Positions 48,341-57,840 of a DNA stretch of 64,000 bases are shown piece by piece. Under the pieces are notes generated by a model. The model made no database searches and was not told where the DNA came from. It saw only the letters and a list, made by a program, of their open reading frames with translations. This DNA comes from Candidatus Marinacidobacterales bacterium (GTDB lineage Bacteria > Acidobacteriota > Vicinamibacteria > Marinacidobacterales > DATDRI01): NCBI GenBank assembly GCA_965219415.1, contig CBDCNP010000002.1:352001-416000 (forward strand), written 5' to 3'. How positions within the stretch are numbered: the first letter of the stretch is position 1; every line of letters starts with the position of its first letter. The position numbers and the translations under genes were made by a program.

Positions 48341-51300
48341 TCAGCGGGAGTCGAGATCTCCGTCATCAAGGTCCTCCGCGACTCGCGCCGGCTTCCCATA
48401 GCGAAGGAAAAGAGCGGGCACCACGACCATGTTGAGAGCGGTGGAGCTCAGAAGTCCTCCCAGCACCACTATCGCCATCGGGGACTGGATCTCTTTTCCA
48501 GCCTCACCGCCGCCGATAGCGAGTGGAACGAGCGCGAGTGCCGTCGTCAAGGCGGTCATGAGAATGGGGTTCAGACGTTCGAGCGAGCCGCGGAAAACCG
48601 CTTCCCGGCGAGGCTCGCCTTCGAGCATCAGGCGATTGTAGTGGCTCACGAGCAGGATGCCGTTGCGCACAGCGATGCCGAAGAGCGTGATGAAACCCAC
48701 CAGGGAAGCAACGTTCAGTACACTACCCGCCGCGAGAAGCGCCGTCACGCCGCCGATCAGAGCCAGCGGTAAGTTGACCATGATGAGAAGCGCGGTGCGG
48801 GCACTTCCGAACTCCTGGTAGAGGATCAGAAAGATGGCGAGAATGGAAGCGGCGGAAAGAACGAAAATCGCGCGGGCCGCGGCCTCCCCGCTTTCGAACT
48901 GACCGCCATACTCGACGTAGTAGCCCTCGGGAAGGTCGATGCTCGCTTCGATTCTCTCGCGGAACTCCTGGACCACGCTCGCCACGTCACGGCCGCTGAC
49001 GTTCGCTTGCACGACAATCTTTCTCTGTACGTTCTCCCGGCTGATCGTGTTGGGCCCACGGTCCTCCGCGACCTCGGCGAGCCATGCGAGCTTGACCTTC
49101 GCGCCGAGAGGCGTATCGATGACCGCGTTCCGTATCTTCTCGGCACTTCCACGGTGCTCCTCATCGAAGCGCACGACGAGGTCGAAGGCGTTTTGTCCCT
49201 CGAGCACCTGGCTGACGGGCTCTCCATAGAAGGCCACATCGATGGCCTCCGCAAGAGTCCCCGGAGTCACGCCGTACTTGCTCATGGCGTCGCGGTCGGA
49301 CACGACGCGAAGTTGGGGTACGTCCGCCTGCTGCTCGACCGTCAGGTCTGCTACCCCGGGGACGTCCTCCACGGCCGCCCGCACAGACTCCGCGAGCCGG
49401 CGGAGCTGGTGGAGGTCGGGTCCGAAGATCTTGACGGCAATCGCAGCACGAGTGCCGGAGAGCATATGATCGATGCGATGGCCAATCGGTTGACCAATCG
49501 TGATGTTGGTTCCGGGAACGGCAGCGAGGTCGACCCGGAGCTCGTCCATGACGTCTCCGAGCTCGCCCTGGGAAAGATCGAGGAGAACGTCGATCTCCGC
49601 GGCGTTCACACCCTGAGCGTGCTCGTCGAGCTCGGCTCGCCCCGTGCGCCGCGCCGTCGAAACCACCGCAGGGTGCGCTAGCATTTTTCGCTCGGTCAGC
49701 CGACCGAGCTCGTCCGATTCTATGATGCCCGTTCCTGGCATGGTCACCGCGGACACGGTCAGCGTTCCCTCCTGAAACTCGGGTAGAAAACCTCGTCCCA
49801 GAAACGGGAAGACGACTATCGTCACCGCGACGAAAGGCACCGCCGCCATCGTGACCGCCGTCGGGTGCTTCAGAACGACTGCGAGCGTCCGCGCGTAGGC
49901 TCCCTTCAAGTGTTCGACTAACCAGCTCTCACGCTCCCGGTCGATGAAGGCCGCCCGGGGAAGTAAGAACGAGCAGAGGACCGGGGTGATGGTAACCGCC
50001 ACCCCGAGGGAAGCGAGGATGCTGACGATGTAAGCAAAGCCCAGAGGCTGCAGCATGCGGCCCTCGACTCCGGAGAGGAAGAACAGAGGAACGAAGACAA
50101 TCGAAATAATGACCGTGGCCTTCACGATGGGAGCACGAATCTCTCGCGCTGCGTCGTAGACGACGAGAAGAGCCCGCCGTCGCCCTCCTTCCGGAAGGCG
50201 GCGGTTCTCCCTCAGGCGGCGGAAGGTATTCTCGACGCCGATGATCGCATCGTCCACGAGAGCGCCCATCGCGATCGCCATCCCGCCCAAAGTCATCGTA
50301 TTGATCGTGATTCCGAGGAGCATCATCGTGATGACGGCGACAGCGAGCGACAACGGGATCGCGAGGACGGAAACCGCGGTGGTGCGGAAGTTCCAGAGGA
50401 AGAGGAACAGGATGACGACGACGAGAACGGCGCCGTCACGAAGCGCCTCGACGACATTGTCTATCGCCAAAGAGATGAAGTCGGCTTGCCGGAAGATCCC
50501 CCGGTTGATGGCGATCCCCTCGGGGAGGCTCTCCTTCAGCCGGTCGAGCTCTTCGTCGATCCGGTCCGTCAGTTCGAGCGTGTTCGCGTTCGGCTGTTTC
50601 TGGACGGAAAGGACGACGGCCGGCTCGGCGTTGACGGAGGCGGTCCCGAAACGAGGCTTGGCGCCGACCCGCACGTCGGCGACGTCGCCGATGCGGACGG
50701 GAGTGCCGTTTACGAGGCGCACCACTGTTTTCTCGATGTCCGCGAGTTGCTGAACGCGGCCCAGGCCCCGGATGAGGATTTCCTGCCCGCTCTCGAGATA
50801 GACACCGCCCGAGGCAACCGCGTTGGAGCTCTCCGCGGCGCGGAGCACGTCCGATAGCCCCACGCCGTAGAATCGCATGCGGTCCGGGTGAACCAGCACC
50901 TGATACTGCTTCACGGCGCCTCCGATGGGAACAACTTGAGCCACGCCCGGAATCGCGAGAAGCCGTTTCCTTACCACCCAGTCGGCGACGGTTCGCACCT
51001 CCATCGGAGGGAGACTGTCGCTCGTCATACTGTCGGTCGGAGTCAGGCCCACGAGCAAGATCTCACCCATGATGGAAGTGATAGGCGCGAGAACCGGTGG
51101 GCTCGTGCTCCCGGGGAGCTGGGCGGCGACGAGCTGAAGCTTCTCACCTACGATCTGGCGCGCACGGTAGATGTCCTCACCCCAGTCGAACTCGACCCAG
51201 ACGATGCTGATGCCTTGGGCGGACGACGAGCGCACCCGCCTCACGCCGGCGGCACCATTGACTGCTGTCTCGATGGGGAAGGTGACGAGCAGCTCGACCT

Positions 51301-51478
51301 CCTCGGCCGCCATGCCGTGCGCTTCGGTGAGCACGGTCACAGTGGGCGCGGTCAGGTCCGGAAAGACGTCGATCGGGATCGTTACAGCCGAATAGATGCC
51401 TCCGGCCAGGACAGCGGCGGCGCTGAAAAGCGTGACGAGCCGGTTCTGCAAGGACCAACGGATGACTTTGTCCAGCAT
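48341..51478 (-). CDS. CusA/CzcA family heavy-metal efflux RND permease
   Basis: IPIDVFPDL, GALVDDAII.VEN, ERLNPILMT; start MLDKVIRWS; about 1045 aa. Confidence 0.92.
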   Translation of the reverse strand: MLDKVIRWSLQNRLVTLFSAAAVLAGGIYSAVTIPIDVFPDLTAPTVTVLTEAHGMAAEEVELLVTFPIETAVNGAAGVRRVRSSSAQGISIVWVEFDWGEDIYRARQIVGEKLQLVAAQLPGSTSPPVLAPITSIMGEILLVGLTPTDSMTSDSLPPMEVRTVADWVVRKRLLAIPGVAQVVPIGGAVKQYQVLVHPDRMRFYGVGLSDVLRAAESSNAVASGGVYLESGQEILIRGLGRVQQLADIEKTVVRLVNGTPVRIGDVADVRVGAKPRFGTASVNAEPAVVLSVQKQPNANTLELTDRIDEELDRLKESLPEGIAINRGIFRQADFISLAIDNVVEALRDGAVLVVVILFLFLWNFRTTAVSVLAIPLSLAVAVITMMLLGITINTMTLGGMAIAMGALVDDAIIGVENTFRRLRENRRLPEGGRRRALLVVYDAAREIRAPIVKATVIISIVFVPLFFLSGVEGRMLQPLGFAYIVSILASLGVAVTITPVLCSFLLPRAAFIDRERESWLVEHLKGAYARTLAVVLKHPTAVTMAAVPFVAVTIVVFPFLGRGFLPEFQEGTLTVSAVTMPGTGIIESDELGRLTERKMLAHPAVVSTARRTGRAELDEHAQGVNAAEIDVLLDLSQGELGDVMDELRVDLAAVPGTNITIGQPIGHRIDHMLSGTRAAIAVKIFGPDLHQLRRLAESVRAAVEDVPGVADLTVEQQADVPQLRVVSDRDAMSKYGVTPGTLAEAIDVAFYGEPVSQVLEGQNAFDLVVRFDEEHRGSAEKIRNAVIDTPLGAKVKLAWLAEVAEDRGPNTISRENVQRKIVVQANVSGRDVASVVQEFRERIEASIDLPEGYYVEYGGQFESGEAAARAIFVLSAASILAIFLILYQEFGSARTALLIMVNLPLALIGGVTALLAAGSVLNVASLVGFITLFGIAVRNGILLVSHYNRLMLEGEPRREAVFRGSLERLNPILMTALTTALALVPLAIGGGEAGKEIQSPMAIVVLGGLLSSTALNMVVVPALFLRYGKPARVAEDLDDGDLDSR

Positions 51479-51610
51479 TTTGCAGTCTTCTTTCAGTGCT
51501 CGCTCACTCGGCGTTCGCTCGCTGGCCGCGCTCCTCGCGCGGCCTCCCCGGCCCATTCGGGCCGTGCTCGCTCCGCTCGCGCAGGGTGCGTCGCATCTGT
51601 TAGCACCCTG

Positions 51611-53116
51611 CTAGTGGGGATGGCCGTGATCCGCGATCTTCGACGCGTTGAGCGACGCGAGACGGACCTGATACGCGCCCTCGCTGACGACGCGCTCGCC
51701 AGATCGGATGCCGCTCGCCACGAGAGTCCACTCGCCATCGGAGGGTCCGAGAGTGAGCACACGCCGCTCGAAGCTCTCTCCACCGACCTGCACGTACACA
51801 ACGTCGAGCGCATCCTCTTTACGCACCGCTCGTGACGGGACCGCGACTCCTTCGGCGCTGGCCGGGAGGAAGAGCCTGGCTTCGACGAGCATCCCGACTT
51901 TCAGGCTTCCATCTCGATTGCGCGCTTCGAGAAGCACCGGAAGCGTTCGCCTTTCAGGGTCGATGGCGGCGCCGACAGAGACGAGCCGGGCACCTCCGTA
52001 CACTCGTGGGCTCCCTTCCACGGTGAACGACGCGCTCGAAGCCTTGGACACGAGGGCCGCCTCCCGAGCGGGAACTTGGATTCGTAGCCAGAGCATTGCC
52101 GGATCGACGATACTGAAAAGGCGCTGGCCTGCGGCAACCCTTTCGCCCAAGGTCAGATTGCGCTCCGTCACGAGACCGTTGATGGGGGCGGTGAGCGTCA
52201 GCTCGTAACCCTCGCCGTCCACGTTGCCGACGGCTTCGAGGGCGGCGCGGCTCACTTCCAGATCGTGCCGCGCTTCGACGAGCCGTCTCTCCGGGATGGC
52301 CTCGACCGCGCTCAGTCGCTCGGCACGCTCGACTTCGCGCTCCAAGCGCTCCACCTTGGCTCGCAGCGCCGCGTAGGCGTTCTCCTCGGGGACGGGGGAC
52401 AAAACGGCGATTCGTTCTCCCGCTTCCACCCAATCACCGGGAATGGGTGCACCGAGGTTGTGCTTCGCGCGTACGAGTCCCTCGACAGGCGCCGTCACAC
52501 GGGCGACGGCGTTCGGGACAGGAACGATTTCACCGTTCGCCGATATCGACCGCTGGAGCTTGCGCTCGACCGCGGGCGCGGTGGCGAAGGGAATGATCCA
52601 CTGCTGTTCCTTCAGGAAAGAGATGCGCGCGGCGGGAGCGTCGTCCATGTTCGGGAGCTCCGCACTCGAGCCGAAGACGCGGATCTCGCCCACCGGAATC
52701 TCCTCGTCTCCTCTGGGGCTTTCCAACGTCATGGCGAGCTGGTAGGCCCCTTCCTTCGGAAGCGAAGGAGCCGGCGTGAAGATCCCGTCTCGTGCCGAAG
52801 TTTCGGCGACCGTCGTGTACTCTTTCCGATCCGGCCCGACGAAGCGAAGCGTCAGCTTGCCTCCTCTCACGGGCTGAAAGTCTTCCAGAAAGGTCAGATG
52901 GACGGCCCAGGGTCCTCCGGCTTCACCCGCCACCATAGGGGGATACTCGAAAAAGAGCTCCACGCTCTCTGTCCACAGCGTGACCGCGGCGCCGCCCCCG
53001 TGCTGGTAGTCCTCCTCCCGGTGGGTCTCACCGCTCGGCCCTGGTTCGACGCAGCTCGCAAGGCACGCCAGGAGGACGACGACAAGATGCCACGTTAATC
53101 GATACGCTGTCTTCAT
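51611..53116 (-). CDS. RND efflux membrane fusion protein (CzcB/CusB-like)
   Basis: Lipoprotein-like N-terminus; APING.V, IDPERRT, GERVV..GAY; His-rich tail DHGHPH. Confidence 0.88.
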   Translation of the reverse strand: MKTAYRLTWHLVVVLLACLASCVEPGPSGETHREEDYQHGGGAAVTLWTESVELFFEYPPMVAGEAGGPWAVHLTFLEDFQPVRGGKLTLRFVGPDRKEYTTVAETSARDGIFTPAPSLPKEGAYQLAMTLESPRGDEEIPVGEIRVFGSSAELPNMDDAPAARISFLKEQQWIIPFATAPAVERKLQRSISANGEIVPVPNAVARVTAPVEGLVRAKHNLGAPIPGDWVEAGERIAVLSPVPEENAYAALRAKVERLEREVERAERLSAVEAIPERRLVEARHDLEVSRAALEAVGNVDGEGYELTLTAPINGLVTERNLTLGERVAAGQRLFSIVDPAMLWLRIQVPAREAALVSKASSASFTVEGSPRVYGGARLVSVGAAIDPERRTLPVLLEARNRDGSLKVGMLVEARLFLPASAEGVAVPSRAVRKEDALDVVYVQVGGESFERRVLTLGPSDGEWTLVASGIRSGERVVSEGAYQVRLASLNASKIADHGHPH

Positions 53117-54468
53117 GGGTTCCTTTCCCCTGTCGTTGCGGCGATGGGGGATTTCTCGAATGCCGCGGGGCCCCACCCCCACGGCTCGCCCTCCGGCGAC
53201 TTCGCGCCTACTGACGGGCTGACGGCTCCACCCATCGCCCGCTCGAGGTCGTAGTAACGAATCCAGTGCTCCGACTTCAGTTGCGACTCCATGATCTGTG
53301 ATTCTCTGAACGCCTCGGCGGCATCGAGGAGCTCCAGCAGAGACATCTCGCCCTCGCTGTAGCTGACGCGCGCGATCGCAAGTAAGTCGTCGACCCCCGT
53401 CAGAAGCTGATTGCTAATCAACGCGATGCGTTCGGAGACGGAAGCATACGTCGCCAGCGACCTCCGCACGTCGTTCTCGATGGAGCGCCGGGTCAGATGG
53501 GCCCGAGCGACCGCGGCAGGTAGACCAGCCTCCGCGGCTTCGAGGTCCCCTTTCCGACTGTCGAACAACGGAAGCGGCACGTTCACTGCCAAGAAATAGC
53601 CGTCGAGCCCATCGGATTGCCGCTTGTAGCCTCCCGTCAACGTGACATCCGGCCCCGTGAAGGTCGAGAGATACCGGATGGAAGCGTTGGCCGCGGCCAT
53701 CCGCGCCTCAGCGCTTCGCATCTCCGGCCGCCGCTCGAGAGCGAGGGCGATCGCGGCCTTCTCTTCCAGTTCCCGAACGGACGGAGGTGCGTCCTGGGCC
53801 GCCGCCGTCGGGGCGATCTCCTGGAACTCTTGCTCGGGCTCTGCGGGCAGAATCAAGAACGCGAGCCTTAGACGCGCGTTCCTGAGATCGATTTCGGCCG
53901 ACGCGCCGAGGTTTTCGTAGCGCGCTCGCTCGATGCGAAGTCGTCGCGCGTCGTACCCTGATAGGTCCCCCTCTCGGAAACGCTCCCGGCCGCTATCCTC
54001 TGCCATCCGGAAAACCGTGCGGACTTCTTTGACAACGGCCTCCCGTTCCTCCGCGGCCGCGGCTTCAACGAAAGCCCGCTTCACCTCGAACGCGAGTCGT
54101 CGTCGCTCCGCATCCAGCCTGAATTTCAACGCGGCCGCCTCCTCGTCCGACGTCTCTGCTCGCGCCTCACGTCGTCCTGGCCACTCCAGCCGCTGGCTGA
54201 GGGTGAAGTAACTTTCCGAGTAGTCGAGCCCACTCTCAGACAAACCCTCGTGGCTGACTCCCGCCACCGGATTGGGATGGGTTCCGGCCTGCTTGGCGAA
54301 ACCGAGTGCCTGGTCACGCTCGGCCGCGACGACGCGCAGCTCAAGGTTGTTCGCTTCGAACATCTGTAACGCCTGCTCGAGTGTGATTCGTTGGATGGAC
54401 TCTTCCGCCGACGCGTGGGTCAGGACGGTAACAACCGCAGCCATCGCCGCAAGAACCTTCTGGGACAT
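53113..54468 (-). CDS. TolC family outer membrane efflux protein (CzcC-like)
   Basis: Signal peptide; PNP, VPLPLFD, YSEGEMSLLELLDA. Confidence 0.88.
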   Translation of the reverse strand: MSQKVLAAMAAVVTVLTHASAEESIQRITLEQALQMFEANNLELRVVAAERDQALGFAKQAGTHPNPVAGVSHEGLSESGLDYSESYFTLSQRLEWPGRREARAETSDEEAAALKFRLDAERRRLAFEVKRAFVEAAAAEEREAVVKEVRTVFRMAEDSGRERFREGDLSGYDARRLRIERARYENLGASAEIDLRNARLRLAFLILPAEPEQEFQEIAPTAAAQDAPPSVRELEEKAAIALALERRPEMRSAEARMAAANASIRYLSTFTGPDVTLTGGYKRQSDGLDGYFLAVNVPLPLFDSRKGDLEAAEAGLPAAVARAHLTRRSIENDVRRSLATYASVSERIALISNQLLTGVDDLLAIARVSYSEGEMSLLELLDAAEAFRESQIMESQLKSEHWIRYYDLERAMGGAVSPSVGAKSPEGEPWGWGPAAFEKSPIAATTGERNP

Positions 54469-54555
54469 GCACGTCCCTCCTATGCGGGCGTCAACCCGCG
54501 AATAATTCGAAAAAAGGAAAGTGAGGGTGCCTCTAGGAAGGCAGAGTTACTTGCC

Positions 54556-55005
54556 TCAGCAAGTGGAGGGTGGGGCGCGGACAGGCTTTCGGAAGAGAAG
54601 CGGCGGCGGGCGATAGACGTCAAATCGAGCGTCTGAGAGGGCAAGACACGTAGTCGATGAGGAAGTAAGCTGGACCTTGGACGCGAGGGCGAGGAGGGAA
54701 CTCGATGGCCGCTCGACGCGTGGCGAGTCCATCCGACCGTGCGAGATGTTCAGAGAATCGTGGTGGCTCTCGCCCTGGCTGCTGGGATCATCAGTGGACT
54801 CTTGGTTCGAGCCGTGCGGGTGGCTGTCTAGATGAGAATGAAATGTGATCCCGTAATGCGGCGGGCGCTCCCCGTGACTTTCGTAATGATCGAAGTGACC
54901 ACGATCGCCTTGATGAAGATGAGCAAGAGGAGCGGCAGCCGAGAAAAGGATCAGCGCAGCCGTCTGGAGGCTTGCGATGACAATCCTAAGGACATGGCCC
55001 TTCAC
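54556..55005 (-). CDS. His-rich protein upstream of czcCBA-like operon
   Basis: AHLH...HFDHYESH...FHSHLDSHPH; C-terminal RAPP; position typical of CzcI-like leaders. Confidence 0.55.
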   Translation of the reverse strand: MKGHVLRIVIASLQTAALILFSAAAPLAHLHQGDRGHFDHYESHGERPPHYGITFHSHLDSHPHGSNQESTDDPSSQGESHHDSLNISHGRMDSPRVERPSSSLLALASKVQLTSSSTTCLALSDARFDVYRPPPLLFRKPVRAPPSTC

Positions 55006-55092
55006 AGCGCTTGATTCTCGCCGCAGCCTCGCGCGAAGTCAAGCGCTCGATGCCGAGTCGCTTTCTCGAAGATCTTGAGTCCCGCCCGCCCC

Positions 55093-56256
55093 CTAGCCCG
55101 TTTGCTCCACATAGGTATCGTAGCAGCGACGCAACTCGCTCGCCGCGGCCTCGACCTCCTCGAACCGCATCCGCGGCCAATCGTACCGCAAAAACTCTCG
55201 CAAGATACCTACCGTCTTGTCGGTGAAGACGACCGTTCCATCATCTTCAATCGATTCGATGCCGTCCCATCGATGAGAGGCACGATTCACATCGACCGCA
55301 TCGTCTTTTCGCCAGGTGGGCGGGAGATCCAAACTCACCGCTCGGTCTTTCACAACCACCGGATAGCCACCCGGCAAGCCCGCGGGGGCGGGAAGGTGCA
55401 TGTGCGTCGGCCTCTCGGGCGACTCCACAAAAGCGCGAATGGCCGAGATGAAGGTGCCGACGGTCAGGAACTGAAACTCCAGTCCGGCCGGCAATCGGTA
55501 CTCCCCTAGCAAGATCGACCGCAGATCCGAATCCGGCCCGAAGCATCGACCGTCCACTTCGACCCTCACGAGGAACGGCGGAGGTTCGGCTCGGTTTTGC
55601 GATCGAGTCAACACGTAGGGCTGGAGGGCGTGATGCGCGGCAAGCCATACTCGCACTGTCGTTGGTTCAACCGATAGCCGATCGGCGATCAAACACTGGA
55701 GCTTGGGAATGAGCTCGCAGACGTTCCCGACACCACCCGTCGGCGCCAGCCCTTGCGTTGCCAGGATCGGGTTGACGACGTCCGGGTAGGGGGCCGAAAG
55801 GATCGGCGTATCCAGCTCCGATTGTCTCCAGACTTTCATGAAACGGATCATCGGTAGCAACTGGAAGGGCAGCCACGCACCGAACCCCGCCGATCGAAGG
55901 GGGTCGGCCAAGCGTGCCTCGACATGATCTAAGACCCACCAGGACTGCAGGCTGGGGGCGGCGAGCGTCACGTCGGGTCGAAGGGCGGCAAGGGTTTCCG
56001 CGGAAACCGCGATATCGTTCAGATCGAAGTCGACCACTCGAAACGACGGGAAGAAGCCCTCGGCGGCGGCCCCCATACGAGCGAGGTGGACGGCGGGCCG
56101 AGCGCGCGACGGATTCCGCGTGGCAACGATGATCTCGCCGATTCCCGGCCGCCGAGCCAGGATCTGAAGGAGTAGGCCGTTCAGCTTTCCGAGACTCACC
56201 AACAGGATGCGACTTGTCCGCTCGCTGGTCACGTCTAGCTCAAAACTCACATTCAA
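55093..56256 (-). CDS. NAD(P)-binding Rossmann-like oxidoreductase (saccharopine dehydrogenase-like, uncertain)
   Basis: N-terminal Rossmann-like ILLVSLGKLNG...IIVATRN; YPDVVNP, GVGN, PAGLPGGYPV. Confidence 0.55.
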   Translation of the reverse strand: MNVSFELDVTSERTSRILLVSLGKLNGLLLQILARRPGIGEIIVATRNPSRARPAVHLARMGAAAEGFFPSFRVVDFDLNDIAVSAETLAALRPDVTLAAPSLQSWWVLDHVEARLADPLRSAGFGAWLPFQLLPMIRFMKVWRQSELDTPILSAPYPDVVNPILATQGLAPTGGVGNVCELIPKLQCLIADRLSVEPTTVRVWLAAHHALQPYVLTRSQNRAEPPPFLVRVEVDGRCFGPDSDLRSILLGEYRLPAGLEFQFLTVGTFISAIRAFVESPERPTHMHLPAPAGLPGGYPVVVKDRAVSLDLPPTWRKDDAVDVNRASHRWDGIESIEDDGTVVFTDKTVGILREFLRYDWPRMRFEEVEAAASELRRCYDTYVEQTG

Positions 56257-57833
56257 TTCACTCTAGCCTCGGCAACGAGCGCATCCGCACCGTGGCGAGC
56301 CGCGAACACCGCCGCGGTAAGTAGCCCACATATCAAACCGAAGAGCGCGATGCCTAATAGCTGGAGCCAATCCGAAACGCCCTCAGGCTGAAATAGCACG
56401 ACAAGCGGCGTCACGATGTCGAAAGAGCCTGCCTCGGCCCTCATAGCCTTGAGGGCAGCGAGCGCCGCCGCCACCACGGTGGCACTTGTCGCACCGGCGA
56501 TACCCCCTAACAACCCTCTGATCGAAAGCTGTTTGACGGAGAGAGGCTCGAGGTGCGATGGTGCTCTGACCTCGAACTTTGGCTCACGGACTCCGAAAGG
56601 AACGAACCGCGACAGCAACACCAGCCCTGGGATCGAGCAGGGTATCGTGAACAAGAAGAACATCCTCCAACCCATCGCATCGACGAGAAAACCACTGATC
56701 GGTCCGGCGAGGAGCCGGGGCAGGCCGAAAAGGCTGGTAAACAGCGCGTACTGAGTTGCGGAAAAACGCTTCTGGGTCATGCGAAGGAGCAGAACCGAGT
56801 AGGCTCCCGTCCCCATACCGGAGGTCAGGAGCTCGAAACCGGTTGCTCCGTACATCAGCGGGCGACTCAACTCGCTCCCCGCTAGGATGAAATAGCCGAT
56901 GTTCGAGAACGCCTGAAGAAGCCCGAAGACCCATAGCGAAGGCCCCAGACCGATCACCGTGGTCACCGCACCACCGAAGAATGCGCCCACCATCGTAGCG
57001 ATGGCTCCCACTGAAGCGAGTGCCACACCTCGATCGAAAGCGTCGTACCCCATGTCGATCAGAAACGGTCGGGTCAGAGACTGAGCCAACTGATCGGCGA
57101 ACTTGTAAAAGAAAACGAATGCGAGGATCTCGAGCGCCCGGTGTCGGCTCAGAAATCCCAGGAAAGGTAACCAGACCGCATCGCGGAGCGTTCGCGGGGC
57201 AACCAATTTTTCCTCGAGCTCCGGTGCCTTCCACGTGATGACGAGCATCGGCAGATAGGCCAGTGCCAGGCCGATGTTGACGAGCGACCAGGAGTAGGCG
57301 GCCGCCAGCGTGATGCTCAGACCGCCGGCCACGAACATGGCGGCCCGGTAGACAGCGATGCGGGCGCCCACCGCCACACCCTGCTCGGCCGGACGGAGGA
57401 CGTCCACCGCGTAGGCATCGATGGCGATGTCTTGGCTCGCCGACGCGAAGGCGATGGCCAGTGCCAGAGCCCCCACGACCCAAACCGAGTCCGGTTGATC
57501 ACCCACTCCGGCCAGCATCAACGTCGTGGCAAACAACGCGACCTGCGCGATAGCCGTCCATCCTCGCCGGCGACCGAGGAACGGAGGGACGTACCGGTCC
57601 ATGAGGGGCGACCAGAGAAACTTGAAGGTCCACGGTGCTTGCGCCAGGGTGATGAGGCCCACGACACGGATATCGACACCGATATCTCGCATCCAGTCGG
57701 GAATGGCGAACCAGACGAGCCCAAGCGGCATCCCGGAAGAGAAAGAGAGAAGGGAAACGAAAAGCGTGCGTCGCGACTTCGCGGCCGCGATCAGACTGTC
57801 CCAGGTCCGGAGTCGGTGCCGGTTCTCGCTCAC
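56253..57833 (-). CDS. ampG: AmpG-family MFS muropeptide transporter
   Basis: FSSGMP, KFLWSPLMD...GRRRGW, SASQDIAIDAY, SATQYAL. Confidence 0.85.
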   Translation of the reverse strand: MSENRHRLRTWDSLIAAAKSRRTLFVSLLSFSSGMPLGLVWFAIPDWMRDIGVDIRVVGLITLAQAPWTFKFLWSPLMDRYVPPFLGRRRGWTAIAQVALFATTLMLAGVGDQPDSVWVVGALALAIAFASASQDIAIDAYAVDVLRPAEQGVAVGARIAVYRAAMFVAGGLSITLAAAYSWSLVNIGLALAYLPMLVITWKAPELEEKLVAPRTLRDAVWLPFLGFLSRHRALEILAFVFFYKFADQLAQSLTRPFLIDMGYDAFDRGVALASVGAIATMVGAFFGGAVTTVIGLGPSLWVFGLLQAFSNIGYFILAGSELSRPLMYGATGFELLTSGMGTGAYSVLLLRMTQKRFSATQYALFTSLFGLPRLLAGPISGFLVDAMGWRMFFLFTIPCSIPGLVLLSRFVPFGVREPKFEVRAPSHLEPLSVKQLSIRGLLGGIAGATSATVVAAALAALKAMRAEAGSFDIVTPLVVLFQPEGVSDWLQLLGIALFGLICGLLTAAVFAARHGADALVAEARVN

Positions 57834-57840
57834 TAAGGAA

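Noticed and set aside
51480-51610. Structured spacer between MFP and RND genes as an ncRNA or riboswitch
   Set aside because: GC-rich short palindromes (GCTCGCT repeats) look like REP-type filler; no recognisable RNA family
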